A DNA stretch of 63,713 nt, counting the filler, from Reticulomyxa filosa (taxonomy: Eukaryota; Protista; Foraminifera), in the NCBI GenBank assembly GCA_000512085.1. It is 25 parts of 25 records of this genome, joined end to end, with 100 filler letters (N's around TTAATTAATTAA, not from the genome) between each part and the next. Parts side by side here need not be neighbours in the genome. Positions count along the whole stretch, not along the records: positions 33,670 to 38,783 come from ASPP01028050.1; positions 38,884 to 40,885 come from ASPP01024281.1; positions 40,986 to 43,592 come from ASPP01004474.1; positions 43,693 to 44,909 come from ASPP01013213.1; positions 45,010 to 46,119 come from ASPP01000341.1; positions 46,220 to 48,045 come from ASPP01025474.1; positions 48,146 to 50,525 come from ASPP01027267.1; positions 50,626 to 52,211 come from ASPP01013490.1; 17 more parts are not named here. One strand, written 5' to 3'. Shown here piece by piece: positions 37,901 through 51,862 of this stretch; position 1 is the stretch's first letter; every line of letters starts with the position of its first letter. The notes beneath the pieces were generated by a model. It was not told the origin of the DNA, did not search any database, and was given only the letters and a program-made list of their open reading frames with translations. Both the position numbers and the translations under genes were made by a program.

Positions 37901-40900
37901 GAATCAATAACTGCATATCATCAAAAAAGTGGAGTCTGTGGAACATTTTTTGATGAAATGTTCATACTATGAACCCATTAGGAAAACCTGGTATTCAAAT
38001 GTCAAGATTTTGGTACCAGAATTACACGAAAGAAACTTAAAATTGAGTCTGTGAAATTCGTAGTAGCGTCAAAAAGAAATATATAACGTCAAATAACGAA
38101 ATGGAAAGCAACATATACAAATACACAGAGCTATGTAATTGAGAAAATAGTTGATTTGTTGCGATTGTTTCTTATTATATTTAATAGTGCTATATCCATG
38201 GATCAGGGCACTCTAACTTGCTTGTTATACGCAATTTGGTGAAAGAGAGAATATCCCTAAATTTTTTGTGAAAAAGTTGGTGACGGCAAGAAAAAGATTA
38301 TTATCATTTTCACACGTTGAACAAATCGTTGAGAGAGTTTCAAATATTCTAATAAGCCACGATGAGTGATGAATCCGGTCCAGATATGAATGAAGAGTAT
38401 GTTCCCGAAGACGGAGGAGAAGCGGAAGAGGTAGGCTGTTCCGGGCTCCTTCTTTGAGGAACTCCCTGAAGTATTGTGAGGAGAAGACCTACAAATGTGT
38501 ATGTGAATGGTTTGGCAAAAACCTTTTGCAAGAGTCCTTGCGAAGAAGAGGAAGAATACAAGCCGAAAAGACGCAGAAGCAGTAGAACAAAAAAAGCGAA
38601 GAAAACATCCAAGAAAGGGCCGACAGAAAGCGATAATGGTAAGTTTGAGACGTGTCATGTAATTTCCAAGAATTTTCAAACAAGCAAACAAAAAAAAAAA
38701 AAAGCACTCACACATTTTTGCATTTTGAGAGAGCAGAAAATGAAAGAGAAGAGAGATGGTGTATGTGTGTGTGTGTGTGGTGGNNNNNNNNNNNNNNNNN
38801 NNNNNNNNNNNNNNNNNNNNNNNNNNNTTAATTAATTAANNNNNNNNNNNNNNNNNNNNNNNNNNNNNNNNNNNNNNNNNNNNACTTGGTTGGGTTATGT
38901 GATGTTTAGTCTTGGAGTACTGTAATGAGGGATGAACAGACAATTACGAAGTTATAAAAGGATATAAGTATTGATATCAAAATTAAAATGTATAAAAAAT
39001 TGAAATGGCCAAACCAATTTGGGACGATAGTACAATATATTGCAAACATATTTGTGAAATTCATGTGAAAAAAGCTCGGTGTGGTAAAAAGTTAGACCAC
39101 AATCAGTTTTAGAGACAATTTTCTTGAGTTGAATCATTATTGCGACAATGTTAAGATAAAATAATTGACGAAATATATAGTTTAACTGTATTTATGTATA
39201 ATGATTGTAAAAAAAATTTGTTACTGTTAAAGCTTTAAGATATAATCAAATAATTTATACGAACGACTTATATGTGTATGTATTGAAGCAAAGTTCTTTA
39301 AAATTTTTTTATCACAACAGTATTAAATCGATTTAGTTGAATCAAACTTAAAATTATTATTTTTGTTCGCTTGTATGAAGATTGATATTTGTATTTACTT
39401 GCTTGAATGAATCGTTATGTTGTCCAATTTGAGATTATTGTTGTATCAATTTTCATTAATTCTAAGATTTATTCAATATATTTTTTTATTCAGTTGTAAT
39501 ATAACTATTGAAATAACTAATCTTTCGTTATTTGAATCATTATTACATATACTTCAAGTTGTTTCTTATGTTATATATTGTTTTTTCATGAAAAAAATGA
39601 TTATTTTTATAAAGTGTGATTTTAGTGTCAAACGTATAAAATAATATTTGAATATGTATTATACAAAATTTCAAATATGCAAAATATGTGCTTGATTTTA
39701 TTTTCTTTTTTTCATATAAATTAATTACAATTATACAATTTGTAGTTATAGCAATTTGTGTTATAAAATAAAATTCAGGATCCAGGTATTATATTATTTA
39801 TCGAATCCTTAAAATCAATTTTTTTTATATAATATAATTAAATTTTTCTTTATTATTTGCAAAACTAAATTTGAACATTTAAGAATATATTATTTTTGAA
39901 ATATATTGTAAATCATATTTAGTGTTACAATTATTTGCAAATTGTTTGAATTTGTGATAATTAGTATTATATTATGAAAAGCATTTGCCACAATTAATGC
40001 AATTTGCATTTTCTTTATATAGATAAGTGAATCTTTACATTGTTTGTTTGATATTAAATTCTTTTTTCATTAAGTTTTAGAATACTTAATTTCACTTTTA
40101 TAATAAAAAAAGAAACTATGTATATATTATCGGAACCTCAGTTTTTTTCGATAGTGAAATCTATTAACAGAAAAGTGTCTTTAAGGATCTGCATACAACT
40201 TGTTATGATGACTTATGATTTTGACAATTAAAATTTCAAATTATTTATACAACAAATATTTAGCTTGAAACACAGTCAAATAATATGCATTCTGATATAG
40301 CAATAGACTAATATTGCGCATTAGGTCGAGTTGATATTGATACAAAAGTCATTGAACGTTAAATTAATCAAAAAATTTTGAATACAACAAGATGTAATTA
40401 ATCAAACAGTCAAGTTTTTGACTATATATTCAAATGGAAAAAAAAGTACAAATTGCAGATTATATACTATACATATACACACTTTTCAAATATCAAAACG
40501 TTATCATTTTATCAAAGGAGAAGAAACTAAATTTGCACCATTATATCATCGTGCAAAGACATTTACAAAAAAATTTGTGTTTTAATATTATTTCAAATTA
40601 TTACTGTCTTGGTTTCTTTTGAAAATAGTAATGTGTTTTTCTATTTATAAATCGATGTCTTGTTCAATAAATCCCATAAGATTATTGACAGTAACGTCAG
40701 CTTTTAAAAATATTTTTGCTGTTTCTTACTATTTTCGGATATCATGTTGTCTGATATACATTTTCATATTTGTACTGTCATCTTTAACTTTGCTTTTACT
40801 TGTTCGATTTATATTTCTTTTAATAGTATTTATGGCCTATTTGTTTATTTTTTTTGTTAAAAAAAATAATAAAGTTGATTTTCGGNNNNNNNNNNNNNNN

Positions 40901-41207
40901 NNNNNNNNNNNNNNNNNNNNNNNNNNNNNTTAATTAATTAANNNNNNNNNNNNNNNNNNNNNNNNNNNNNNNNNNNNNNNNNNNNACATGTTTGTTGAAC
41001 TTTTGCAAGCAATCTTACAACAACACAACAAAAGATGTTTTGCATATATTTATTGTGCATATCTTTTTTTTTCCCAATAATTTTTTGTTGGAATGCTTTT
41101 GTTACTTGTGTTTTTTTTTTTGTTTTTTGTGATCATTTGTATGCGTATTGTATGTCAACGTGTGCATATGCGTCGCGCCTGCTCATGTGAATATGGCATA
41201 TGCCCAG

Positions 41208-43166
41208 ATGGGGTTTATTTTAGAAGCTGTTGTTGAAGGTACCGCTTGTATACATGGACACAAAGGGGGAGGTGGGTTGATGTTCACAGAGACGACAGTA
41301 AAAAAAAAAAAACACAAACAATAATACAATAGCGTTTCCACAAGCGATATTGCAAATGACGGCAATCGTGTTGTACAATGAAACCAATGTCGTCTCCATC
41401 ATCTCCATTCTTGTTTCCATGGCAAGCATCACCAGTAAGTCTTTGGTTTTCATTCGCGCTCCTGAAAAATATACTTTCATTTGGTCTTGGCTTTGCATCG
41501 TCACTGGTTTCGTTACATTTCCATTCATATTACTATATGTACAATATACAAATGAAATAAAACTCGAATTTTCAATACATTAACAATAATTAATAACAAT
41601 AATATATAATTTATTATTATTAATAGATTTTTTGGAATATTTTTTAGCGTGTCATTAGTGTTCCATCCACCGAAAGTTGGCGATGTTACGTATGATTTGA
41701 TGACAACTCTTTTCTTTTATAAGATGTACATAGCAGTGGCTCCGATCACTCTGTGGATATCAGTAAGTGGGATCATTACGTGGATCGCAATTCTTTTCCT
41801 TGACTTCAGAAGCACGGCATCGTCGCATGGATACACCCTGGCGTGGTACGGTACGGTTGCCGCTTGCATCACAGGACTCGTTTGTTTTGTCGGCGGCACT
41901 ATGCTTTTAGGAATGATGTTGAGAATGCAAATGTCTATTTCTGTATCTTTTATTTGTTATGTTGAAACAATGCCGTTTGTAATCACTCCACAAATGTGTT
42001 AATGAAAAGGTTTGAAATTGCTCATTGCACTTATATTGCGTTCACCCTTTTTGTTTTGTCATCGGAGCGAATGAAATTCGGTTATTTATTTATTTGTGTG
42101 TGTGTGTGGTTTTTTTTAATAATTGATTGATACATGGACATTACATGCACATACATACATTATCATGCGGGAAATCTTATCTTTCAAATAATAACAAAAA
42201 GGGTATGACTGGGAGAGCGAGGGACTGGCGGAGGTAATTAATTTTGTACAAGGAAGAGATGCACGTATACGTTTGGCATGTGTTAACCACGCACTGAAAA
42301 CTCAAGGAATGGAAAAAGAAATAGATACTTTTTATGCTAATGTCACATTCAAGAGCTTGCGAAAAGCACGAAATGCAAATATTTGGGAAGGTTGTATATA
42401 ATTTGTTGTATGCACATATACATATATGTGTATATGGCTTGTATGGAAGAGAGAACATATTAGACTGGCAAAAAAAAAAAAAACATAATACTTACATTCA
42501 CACATACGTACACATACACACGTGAGAACAGCTTTTAAGAGCTTTTATTTGGAGATTTGGAGAGAAATTGAAAGGGATGACCTTTCACGCTTGAGCTGGA
42601 ATCAAAATATGGAAGCAATAGCCGAAGCTCTATTTCGTGTTGTCGTTGGATTTGTGCTAGCGTTCATTATTGGACCTATATATTTGTTGTCGCGCTTTTT
42701 AAATGTGTTGTTCCCGGCAATATTTATCATCTACATATATTGGTATAATCTTTGGGCGCATGTTGGACTACTCCAAATTGTCATGACTTGCATTTACGTT
42801 TTGCTTTTGGTCATTTTGGGATTACTTTTTATCAAAGTCTTTTACATTCATTTTCTCATGTGGTTATGTTCTCTCTTTTTCGTTTTTTTGTTTTATTGTT
42901 GTTATTGGGCCAGATCAATTTCTGTTTGTGGTTGAAAAAGGCACGTGGGCCCAGGACAATCCTGTTCATCTTTTTCACAACTTATAATTACTGAGATAAA
43001 GAAGCGCTATTATTTAGTGAAAACGATCAATCTTCGCGAGCAAATAGTGATTGAAACGTTAGGTTTGGACATAGGCAATATCGTGGTCAGTTACTTGCCG
43101 AAATGGGAAGAATTGCACATGGTCGAAGAAACGGACCCCATTCCTATGACGTCTTCGCCATTGTAA
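41208..43166 (+). CDS. Multi-pass membrane protein, XK-related-like, multi-exon, 5' truncated
   Basis: Spliced LEAVVE|AFPQAILQ (E..PQ..LQ motif of the XK family) followed by ISILVSMASI and several hydrophobic segments. Confidence 0.55.
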
Positions 43167-43693
43167 ATGTGTTGGTAATTTTGATTTGTGTATTTTTTTG
43201 ACAACTTCGAACATGTCAATTTCATGCGGAAGGCTCATGAATGATACAGTTTAAAACAATCATGTACTTGCTTTTTTTTTTGTAAATTTCAAGTCGATTA
43301 ATAGCAGGTCCAATCTTAAAAAAACTGAGACCGAACATTGATTAAATAAGTTGTAATGTGATATTAAATTACGGACACTATTTTTTTAGTGTTAAAAAAA
43401 ACAGCTCACACATAAAGTTTATTTATCCATAGCGCAAGTACGCAAAAAAAAATAATTTAATAAGGGGTCCCACGCATTGAACTTATTTACTGTATTTGAA
43501 TGCAACACTTCAAAATACGATGTAGTAAAATTCAGATCGTGACAAAATTGAACCGAGTTAATAATATCACAACACCACCATTTTTTTTTTTTNNNNNNNN
43601 NNNNNNNNNNNNNNNNNNNNNNNNNNNNNNNNNNNNTTAATTAATTAANNNNNNNNNNNNNNNNNNNNNNNNNNNNNNNNNNNNNNNNNNNNA

Positions 43694-44235
43694 TCATCTT
43701 TGGCGGGATTGGGGGCAGCATCTGGGCCCTGATGGCCACGTACAAGCGCTCCCCGGCCATGCAAGTCGGCATGGATCGCTTGTTGTTACGCATGCCAGTC
43801 ATTGGCGACATCGTCCGCAAAGCTACCATTGCGCGCTGGTCACGCACTTTGTCGACGCTGTTTACCGCCGGTGTGCCCTTGGTCGAAGCGCTGGATTCAG
43901 TCGCCGGCGCGGCGGGTAACCAGGTGTATGCTGATGCTACCAAGGTCATTCAGGCCGACGTCAGTGCCGGTTCTACGCTGAACTTCTCCATGCAACGCAG
44001 CAACCTGTTCCCCAATATGGTGTTGCAGATGACCGCGATCGGTGAGGAGTCCGGCGCGCTTGACGACATGCTGGACAAGGTGGCCGACTTTTACGAAGAA
44101 GAGGTAGACAACGCGGTAGCGGCGCTGTCGAGCCTGCTGGAACCGATGATCATGGTGATTCTGGGGGTGCTGATCGGCGGCCTGGTGGTGGCCATGTACA
44201 TGCCGATTTTCAAGATGGGTCAGGTGGTGGGTTGA
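43694..44235 (+). CDS. pilC: Bacterial type IV pilus platform protein PilC (GspF family), C-terminal part
   Basis: [22 protein letters not shown]...[39 protein letters not shown]...AMYMPIF. GC-rich and intronless. Confidence 0.95.
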
Positions 44236-44909
44236 TGCTGGAGAATCTGCAAATGTTGCCACTGGCGTGGCAAACCGGTGTCGCGGTGTTACTTGGCCTG
44301 TTGTTGGGCAGTTTCCTGAATGTCGTCATCCACCGCTTGCCGCTGATGCTGGAACGACAATGGCAGCAGGAGTGCGCCGTGCTGCAAGGGCAAACGCCCG
44401 AGGTGCAAGCCCGCTACGATCTGCTGTACCCGCCCTCTGCCTGTGTGCATTGCCAGACGCCGATCCGGGCCTGGCAGAACATCCCCGTATTCAGTTTCTT
44501 GCTGCAGCGTGGCAAGTGCGCCAGCTGTGGCGGTGCCATCGCCTGGCGTTACCCGCTAGTAGAGCTGGTATCCGGCTTGTTGCTGGGCGGGTTTGCCTGG
44601 CAGCTGGGGCTGGGCCTGCCATGGTTGGCCGCCAGTGTATTTTGCCTGCTGCTGCTGGCGATGACGCTGATCGATGCCCAAACCCGCTGCTGCCGGACGA
44701 TCTCACCTTGCTGTTGTTATGGGCTGGCTTGCTGTTCAGCCTGCTGGGCGTGACCGTGCCGCTGGCAGACGCGGTAGTCGGCGCGATGGCGGGTTACTTG
44801 TCGCTATGGTCGATCTACTGGCTGTTCAAGCTGGCCACCGGTAAGGAGGGCATGGGCTACGGCGACTTCAAACTGTTGGCCGCATTGGGCGCCTGGCTGG
44901 GCTGGAGTC
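44235..44909 (+). CDS. pilD: Bacterial prepilin peptidase PilD, with a frameshift near 44686; 3' truncated
   Basis: [20 protein letters not shown] zinc motifs, RYPLVEL, ID...LLPD and [23 protein letters not shown] stop/start overlap with pilC. Confidence 0.95.
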
Positions 44910-46239
44910 NNNNNNNNNNNNNNNNNNNNNNNNNNNNNNNNNNNNNNNNNNNNTTAATTAATTAANNNNNNNNNNNNNNNNNNNNNNNNNNNNNNNNNNN
45001 NNNNNNNNNTATATCAGGTTCAGCAAAAAGGTGGTATTACAATTGTTAACAATTGCGACACTAAGAAGTGTTAGAATCCAAAATACTACAGCAGTCTATT
45101 GCATTTGTAGGTAACCCTTCGATTTGCGATTTAACTTTTATTTCGTCGCTAGAGCCTTCCATTCTGTCGCGCAATTCGGTCATTTGATTTAAGTCTTTCG
45201 TAGCACTGTCTTCGCTTATCATTGGGATAACGGAATTCTTTCACCATTTTCCGCTAACTTCTGTTCTTTGAGTTTGAACAGATTTCCAATGACCTCCTGT
45301 ACTTAATGATTTGTAAATCGGCTCAAGCTGGCCGCAAGCGACGTGTATTTGGCCGTACATCTGTTTTTTCAATCGCCTTGTGCTTTCTATAGCAGTAGCA
45401 ATAGCCCAGATCAACGCTTTTATCACATGTGATCAATGGATATGTCGCTTAAGCGCACGCACGTTTGCCGATTTCCTGCAACAAGAATAGGTGTATAATC
45501 CTCGTGGACATCGCTTGTAAGTGCCTTTGGGGCAGTCACACGTGCGCAGGCCACGTCTGCAAGTATACTTCTACCGAAGACTCACTCAGCTGGCTGTCTT
45601 TCTTCTTCGATTGCTGCATCGTATACTTCTCATGCAGTTGACCGCTGTTAGTAAGACAAGACAAGTGTCTAAACGTAGTTGTCTCTTTTTCCAACCATTG
45701 GTTGAGGATACTTGTTGACAATAATGCGTATCATTGTTCCACATTACCATTGTCATTTCCATTACTATTACTGGTATGATATGTTCTGCAGCACAAAATG
45801 AAACTAAAGAATGGAGAGTTGTTTGAAGGGTTTGATCCTTTTTAAATGAACTAAAAGTAATGCATTTCCTCCGCTAACTAACAAATATATTTTAGCATAT
45901 CCCTCATTTAAATTTTCACTTTACACTTGTTTAAAGGAATTATCAAATACACATTATACATTTTTACAAGTTTAATGTTATGATAGAAATAATTGTCGTA
46001 AATACTGATAATTTACTCCCTTTGTATAAAGTTAAAATTGACATCAGTGTAAGCCATTATTTTGTACATTAATTATTTGTAGTCATAAAAAATTTAATTA
46101 CAGTATGTTGCAAAGAAAANNNNNNNNNNNNNNNNNNNNNNNNNNNNNNNNNNNNNNNNNNNNTTAATTAATTAANNNNNNNNNNNNNNNNNNNNNNNNN
46201 NNNNNNNNNNNNNNNNNNNACTTGTAGCTGATTAGATTC

Positions 46240-47300
46240 AATATATCGCATTACAATTTGAAGGCATGTGATCATGTGAAATATCTTATATTGTTCCTTG
46301 ATTTACGCATAATTTATTACAAGCATGTTTATGGAAAAGCAGCAAGAAAATTTGGTTATTTAGCATATTTGTGTTTGACAAATATGTTCTATCAAGCTTA
46401 TTTATGTATAATTTACTATACAATACTATCATTCGTCAAATCTTGAGTATACGTCAGCCTTTTGGAATGGTGCTGTAGACATTTATAAAAGACTATTGAA
46501 AAAAATACAAATGATTGCAATGTCGCATTTTTGGAGTAATGAGCCAGACTGCATATGGTACAGTTAATATTATTTCCCAACTTCGATAAGAGGTGAAGTT
46601 GTATCACAAGTATAGTATATTGTCAGGTCGATTTAATGGTCATAATATTGTGTTGGCATACAATATTTGGAATAAACCAAGACCAAAGGTACATTTGAAT
46701 TACATTGGCAAATTGTTGACATTATATCGTGTGTGTGTGTTCACGCAGTTGTCGACAGTCGAACCAGATCACATGCAATTCTAAATATTCAGTCAATACA
46801 AATTACAATGATGCTACAATCCAATAAATCACCTTTTGCAATCTTAATGAACCAACTTCAGATCAGATTTTGTTATCGTTGTAATGATTGCACTGTGATA
46901 TTTTGTGATTGAAGCAAATGTTCAAATCCTGGTATTGGAAGATCATGGCGTGTAATTCAAGACCCAAATTTACCAATCACTGGCATTACAACAGACATTG
47001 GATCATAGACAGAAGCAATGAGACTTGCATTGTAATATTTGGGTAATCATTATAAATCATATTATGGAAGAGTGATATTCTGACTGATTGTAATGCAATA
47101 TTTAGCAAATGGGATTTTGACATCTATAAAGTGTAAATTATTGATTGTCAGAAGATATTTAGATCATTTAATGAGAATAATGTTCCAGAGTTTGCTGGAT
47201 TAAAGGTCATTCTGTATTCCTGGAAATGATAGAGTGGATCTTGTTGCAAATAATACTTACAGGAAAGCTATACAATTGCAAAAAGATTTAAACCAACAAA
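46240..47300 (+). mobile_element. Degenerate non-LTR retrotransposon 3' part (RT thumb plus RNase H)
   Basis: VKYL....D......KHV..KA.RK (RT C-terminus), NPGIG, a TDC motif and WIKGHS.IPGNDRVDLVA (RNase H motif WVKGH.GIPGNE.AD.LA). Multiple stops. Confidence 0.7.
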
Positions 47301-48639
47301 TATCAACAACATTCCTGAATAATCTTGGATTAAATTTATACTTTACATATCAATGGAATATACATTAGATACGCGAATAATGTGCTAATCCGAGATATGT
47401 AATGTCACGATATTTCTTATCTAACATAATGGAAGCAAAATCATTTGAAGAGATTGTTATCCATTCATTGACATTTAGTTAACGCAAATTGAATGATAGT
47501 AAAGACAAGGATATGTAAAAAAGGACTATTTAAATTAACAGAAGGACTTAAGAGACAATTTGAAACAAAATATGAAAACATCGACAAAGAGATATGCCAT
47601 AAATTTAATAAAATCCATATCAGAAAGGATAAAGAGAGTTTGCAAAGCGAACAGTGATTTAACTAAATGATAAAAACTCCATTTAAAGTTTTTGTTTTCT
47701 GACAGATTTACTTCTTTGTCAAAATAGAATAAAAAGATCCATATTGCTAAATTTTTAAGTAGTTTACCTTTTTTAAAAAAATTACATTTATCATTGAGTC
47801 AATCAAATTCAATAATTAACATTCAATCATAATTTTTTTATTTATATATCTTGAGGAATCCGAATCTGTAATCAGAATTCTTCCACGATGAATACAATGT
47901 AATATCAGCTTATTGTAAGTTCATTACATGAAACTGGAGTTGCTTTGTCATTTAAGTTTTACATTGTGGTTCAATGGACTCATTTTGTTTCGAATTCCAA
48001 TGCTAATAGACTATTCATATTTATAAAAATAAAAAGTATTTTCTANNNNNNNNNNNNNNNNNNNNNNNNNNNNNNNNNNNNNNNNNNNNTTAATTAATTA
48101 ANNNNNNNNNNNNNNNNNNNNNNNNNNNNNNNNNNNNNNNNNNNNTCCTTGTCAATACAACTTGTTTTAAAATAAAAAACAAAAAAAAACAGTTTAACAT
48201 TTAACAAAAAAGAAGACTAACAAAAACAGTTTTTGTCAGTGAAGAAAACTCAAACAAGGCTAACTTTCAAAAAACAATAATATAATTTTTATAAAGTGTT
48301 CACATAAACAACTTTTTGATGAAAACATTTTTTACAATAGAAATTTATTCATTTCGAAAATTAATGTTTCAAAATAAAAAAATATAAAACAGACACTAAA
48401 ATTGACTTTGTCTAAATGGAGTGATAACAACAGCCACCACTCGATAATGAAATAATTTTGAAACGGTCGATTGAAAATTATTAATTCTTGCTTTGTCATC
48501 AGATCTTTGACAATTGAAAATTGATTTATTTTGAACGTTGATCATTGATTATATTATACAAATTTTATTTTTTTATTTGAGAAGGACAGCGTTATTCATA
48601 TTATACTCTTAAATACATCAATTGTTATCCAATTAATGT

Positions 48640-49860
48640 TCAATTACGTGGACATTGTGTTATAAAATTGATAAATAATGATAAAAATACAAATGATATT
48701 ACTGTATTATCTTTTGGTGGTTATCATAAACATACATTGATAATAAAGTATGTAATTGTTTGGAATGATAATTATAATAATAGAAACATTACAACTAAAA
48801 TAACAAGATACCATTTGTAACAATAAAGTTCATATTGTGCATAATGAAAATAATTATGAAGGATTGCACGCAATAATTTATGGAAGTAACATTGATTAAA
48901 TACTTTTTGATTTATCAAAAAGAATTATTTTACTATCTGATGATTATATATTATCATTGCTTTATATTAAGGACTAAAAATGTGTTAACAACAATGAAAA
49001 AAAGTGTCAAGAAAAAGATTGAAATGTTGTTATTTTGTTATGAAACAATACTATCAATTACATACGATGAAAATTACAACACATTTCAATCACATAAATA
49101 TTATATTCCTTTCAAAATTATACAATTTAATTATTATGCTTACATTCATATTAACTATATCATTTTATTTTTTTGGTTGATGCTTCAAATCAAAATGTTT
49201 CAACAAAATGTGTATTATTGGAACACAATCTATCGATTGCATTGAACTGTAATATTGAGTGGACATAGTTTATTTATATATTAGGATGCTATAACGGCGA
49301 CGTATATCTACAATAGACACGCACGAAAACGAGAAAAAGAGACTGATACAAAAAAACACTGTATTATCATAAAAGAAGCAGATTTGAAAAAAATAAAAGA
49401 AAGTGAAGCCGATATGTACAAATTGGTTATTGTGAAATTTTTAGCAAATGGTCGAATGTTCACATTATCAACAAGCGCACAAGTAATTAGGATGAACAGC
49501 ATTTTTTCAACTTGTCGCCACAAGCATGATATTTTACAAACAGCAAAGCTTTCACCAGACAATCATTTTGTTACTGGTTGACAGACTATTAAAAAGTTAG
49601 TGTATGAAATAGAGCAGGAAAACAAATACTAAAATGGAAGGCGAATCATGGGGAAATAAATAATGTAAAAGTCTTACCAAATAGTCAAAGTATGTCACGC
49701 TTACTTCGATTGTTGGACGTGAGTTTGAACACAAACACAATTATTGAAAGGTGCTGCAACAAAAGCGAATATATCTCCAGATGATAATACAATTGTGTAA
49801 TTTTCTGAAGAGCAAACAATTCGAATTGGAGAGGTTATAACATAAATAAGGTAAAAAGAA
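48640..49860 (+). pseudogene. Decayed Kelch and WD40 gene fragments
   Basis: DITVLSFGGYHKHTLIIKYV..W (Kelch-like). AKLSPDNHFVTG and ISPDDNTIV (WD40-like). Many stops. Confidence 0.5.
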
Positions 49861-50642
49861 TTAACGCTATTTTTTGGTCTAGTAAAACAGCAATTTTCCC
49901 TTTTTGTGATAACTAAATAATTGGAAATGTAAAATAAATGATCAAACATTGGACATTAGCGACCAGATATTGTTTTTGAGAAAATAGAAAAATTCAAAAA
50001 AATCAAAAAAAAAAAGTCTTGAAGCTTTGACAAATGTGTCTTGATCAATAAGACGAAATCATTATTTATGGAAGTTTTTGCATGCACTAATATGTTCATA
50101 TGACGACTTGATCACAATATCGATATCCAATAAACAATGGAATATTTATTTCAAAAGTAAGTAAAATTACAGAATTGATACTCCTGGAATGAGTTATTTA
50201 AGTGATTTGGAAAGATTATAGTCACTTAGAAAATTAGTTTATATACTTTTGTGTTGTAATATCTTTTTTTTAATCCTTTTTTCAAAAATGTATATTATAT
50301 TTATAAAATCAAAGCATGATAATTATTTCAATCAATCCAATTACAATAATTCCGTTAATTGCATCTGGTGAATCAAGCAAGAACGCTCCTGTAACTGTTG
50401 TGTTCTGTGAGTTTTTGCTTAAGAAAAAGAGTAAGAATTGCTACTTGGAGCGATCGACTCAGAGTTTGTGACGGATTTTAGGAATGCGATCGCGAATGAG
50501 ATAGATACGAAGCAGAGTTGTTTTTNNNNNNNNNNNNNNNNNNNNNNNNNNNNNNNNNNNNNNNNNNNNTTAATTAATTAANNNNNNNNNNNNNNNNNNN
50601 NNNNNNNNNNNNNNNNNNNNNNNNNAAAAAAAAAAAAAAAAG

Positions 50643-51862
50643 TTAACCTTTCATTTCCCATCCAAAGCGTTGTCTCCATCTTTCCGGCGCCAAGTAGTTT
50701 TGTGTGCCAATAAAGTGCTGATAGATCTGCGTGTCTTGAACGACACATGCGTCCCCAAAGTCGACTAGCTTCCACAGCCCGGAGGACTCTCGGCTGTTGT
50801 TAACGTCCAATGGGTGGTCAATCGTTTGGGACTTGGGGACAAACACCATGTTTTCTGGTTTGATGTCGCAATGACATATCCCAAACTCATGCAATACGTC
50901 GAGCGTTTTCAGCAGACCTCCCACAATGTCACGAACACAATGTTCGGCTAATCGTTTCCCACCTTGGACGAGTCCTTTTTTTTATTTTATTTTTTATTTG
51001 CAAATTTTGTTCATTTTTTTTTTTTCCCTCATTAGAGAAGAGTAGGACTATGCACATGTATGTGTATGTGTGTATCATTTCAATCCTTTGCTTAGTACAT
51101 TGAGTGTGTGTATCCGAAACTGAAGAGATCATTGACCCCCAATTCGGTGACAATATAATGGAATCGATCATCCGAGAAATGATCCACTAATCTTGTTTTT
51201 TTGTTTTGTTTTATTTTGTCTTTTGTTTTAAGTGCACCCAATTTTATTGTTAAATCCTCTTTTTTTTTTTTTTTTTTTTTTTTGAAAAAAAAATTTAAAC
51301 TGGATGACCCCGTTCCAACGGATGGCCCTTAGCACGGTAGACTCGTTTTGAAATACACAGTCTGCCCATTTTTGGTCGCGCTGTACCATTTCAGAACAAA
51401 ACATATAACATACGCTCCATAGTTCATAGCTCACACCATCTTTTGAAACCAATAACAACAACAACAAAAAGTAACTGGTATTTGTTTCATAGCACACTCG
51501 ACTCCACTTTTTGTGTCTTGCACTTTCATCACTTGGCATGAACTGCCTCCACTTATTTTCTCTATGATATTGTAGCATCCGCATTTCTCGTTTTTCGTCT
51601 GGCATTGTATGGCCATCACGGGGTACTTCTTATTTCCATTGCTCTCGCTTTTCACTCCGTTTTCTACACTGTTGTTGCTGGTGCTGTCCAAACTACTGTA
51701 TTCCACTGGAGTCAATGTCGTCAACTTTGACGAACTGTCTTCCATTTGATCTTTGCATGTCGATTCCACTGTACTTGTTTTTTCACTGGCTTGGGAAGAA
51801 ATGGCTCTGTTTTCTTCCAAGGACCAGTGTCTCGCACTAGGAGTATTTGAAACATTACCCAT
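50643..51862 (-). CDS. Ser/Thr protein kinase, multi-exon, 3' truncated
   Basis: MGNV start, YNIIEKISGGSSCQV, CAMK, HCDIKPEN, KLVDFG, GTQNYLAPE. Confidence 0.85.

Noticed and set aside
38884-40885. Very AT-rich contig as possible organellar DNA
   Set aside because: No recognisable genes, tRNAs or rRNA. Treated as non-coding or decayed nuclear DNA.
43693-44909. pilC/pilD as a horizontally acquired eukaryotic pilus system
   Set aside because: No host flanks, no introns, bacterial composition and operon structure. Contamination is the simpler explanation.
45010-45760. Coding-like minus-strand segment
   Set aside because: Interrupted frames and no identifiable motif.
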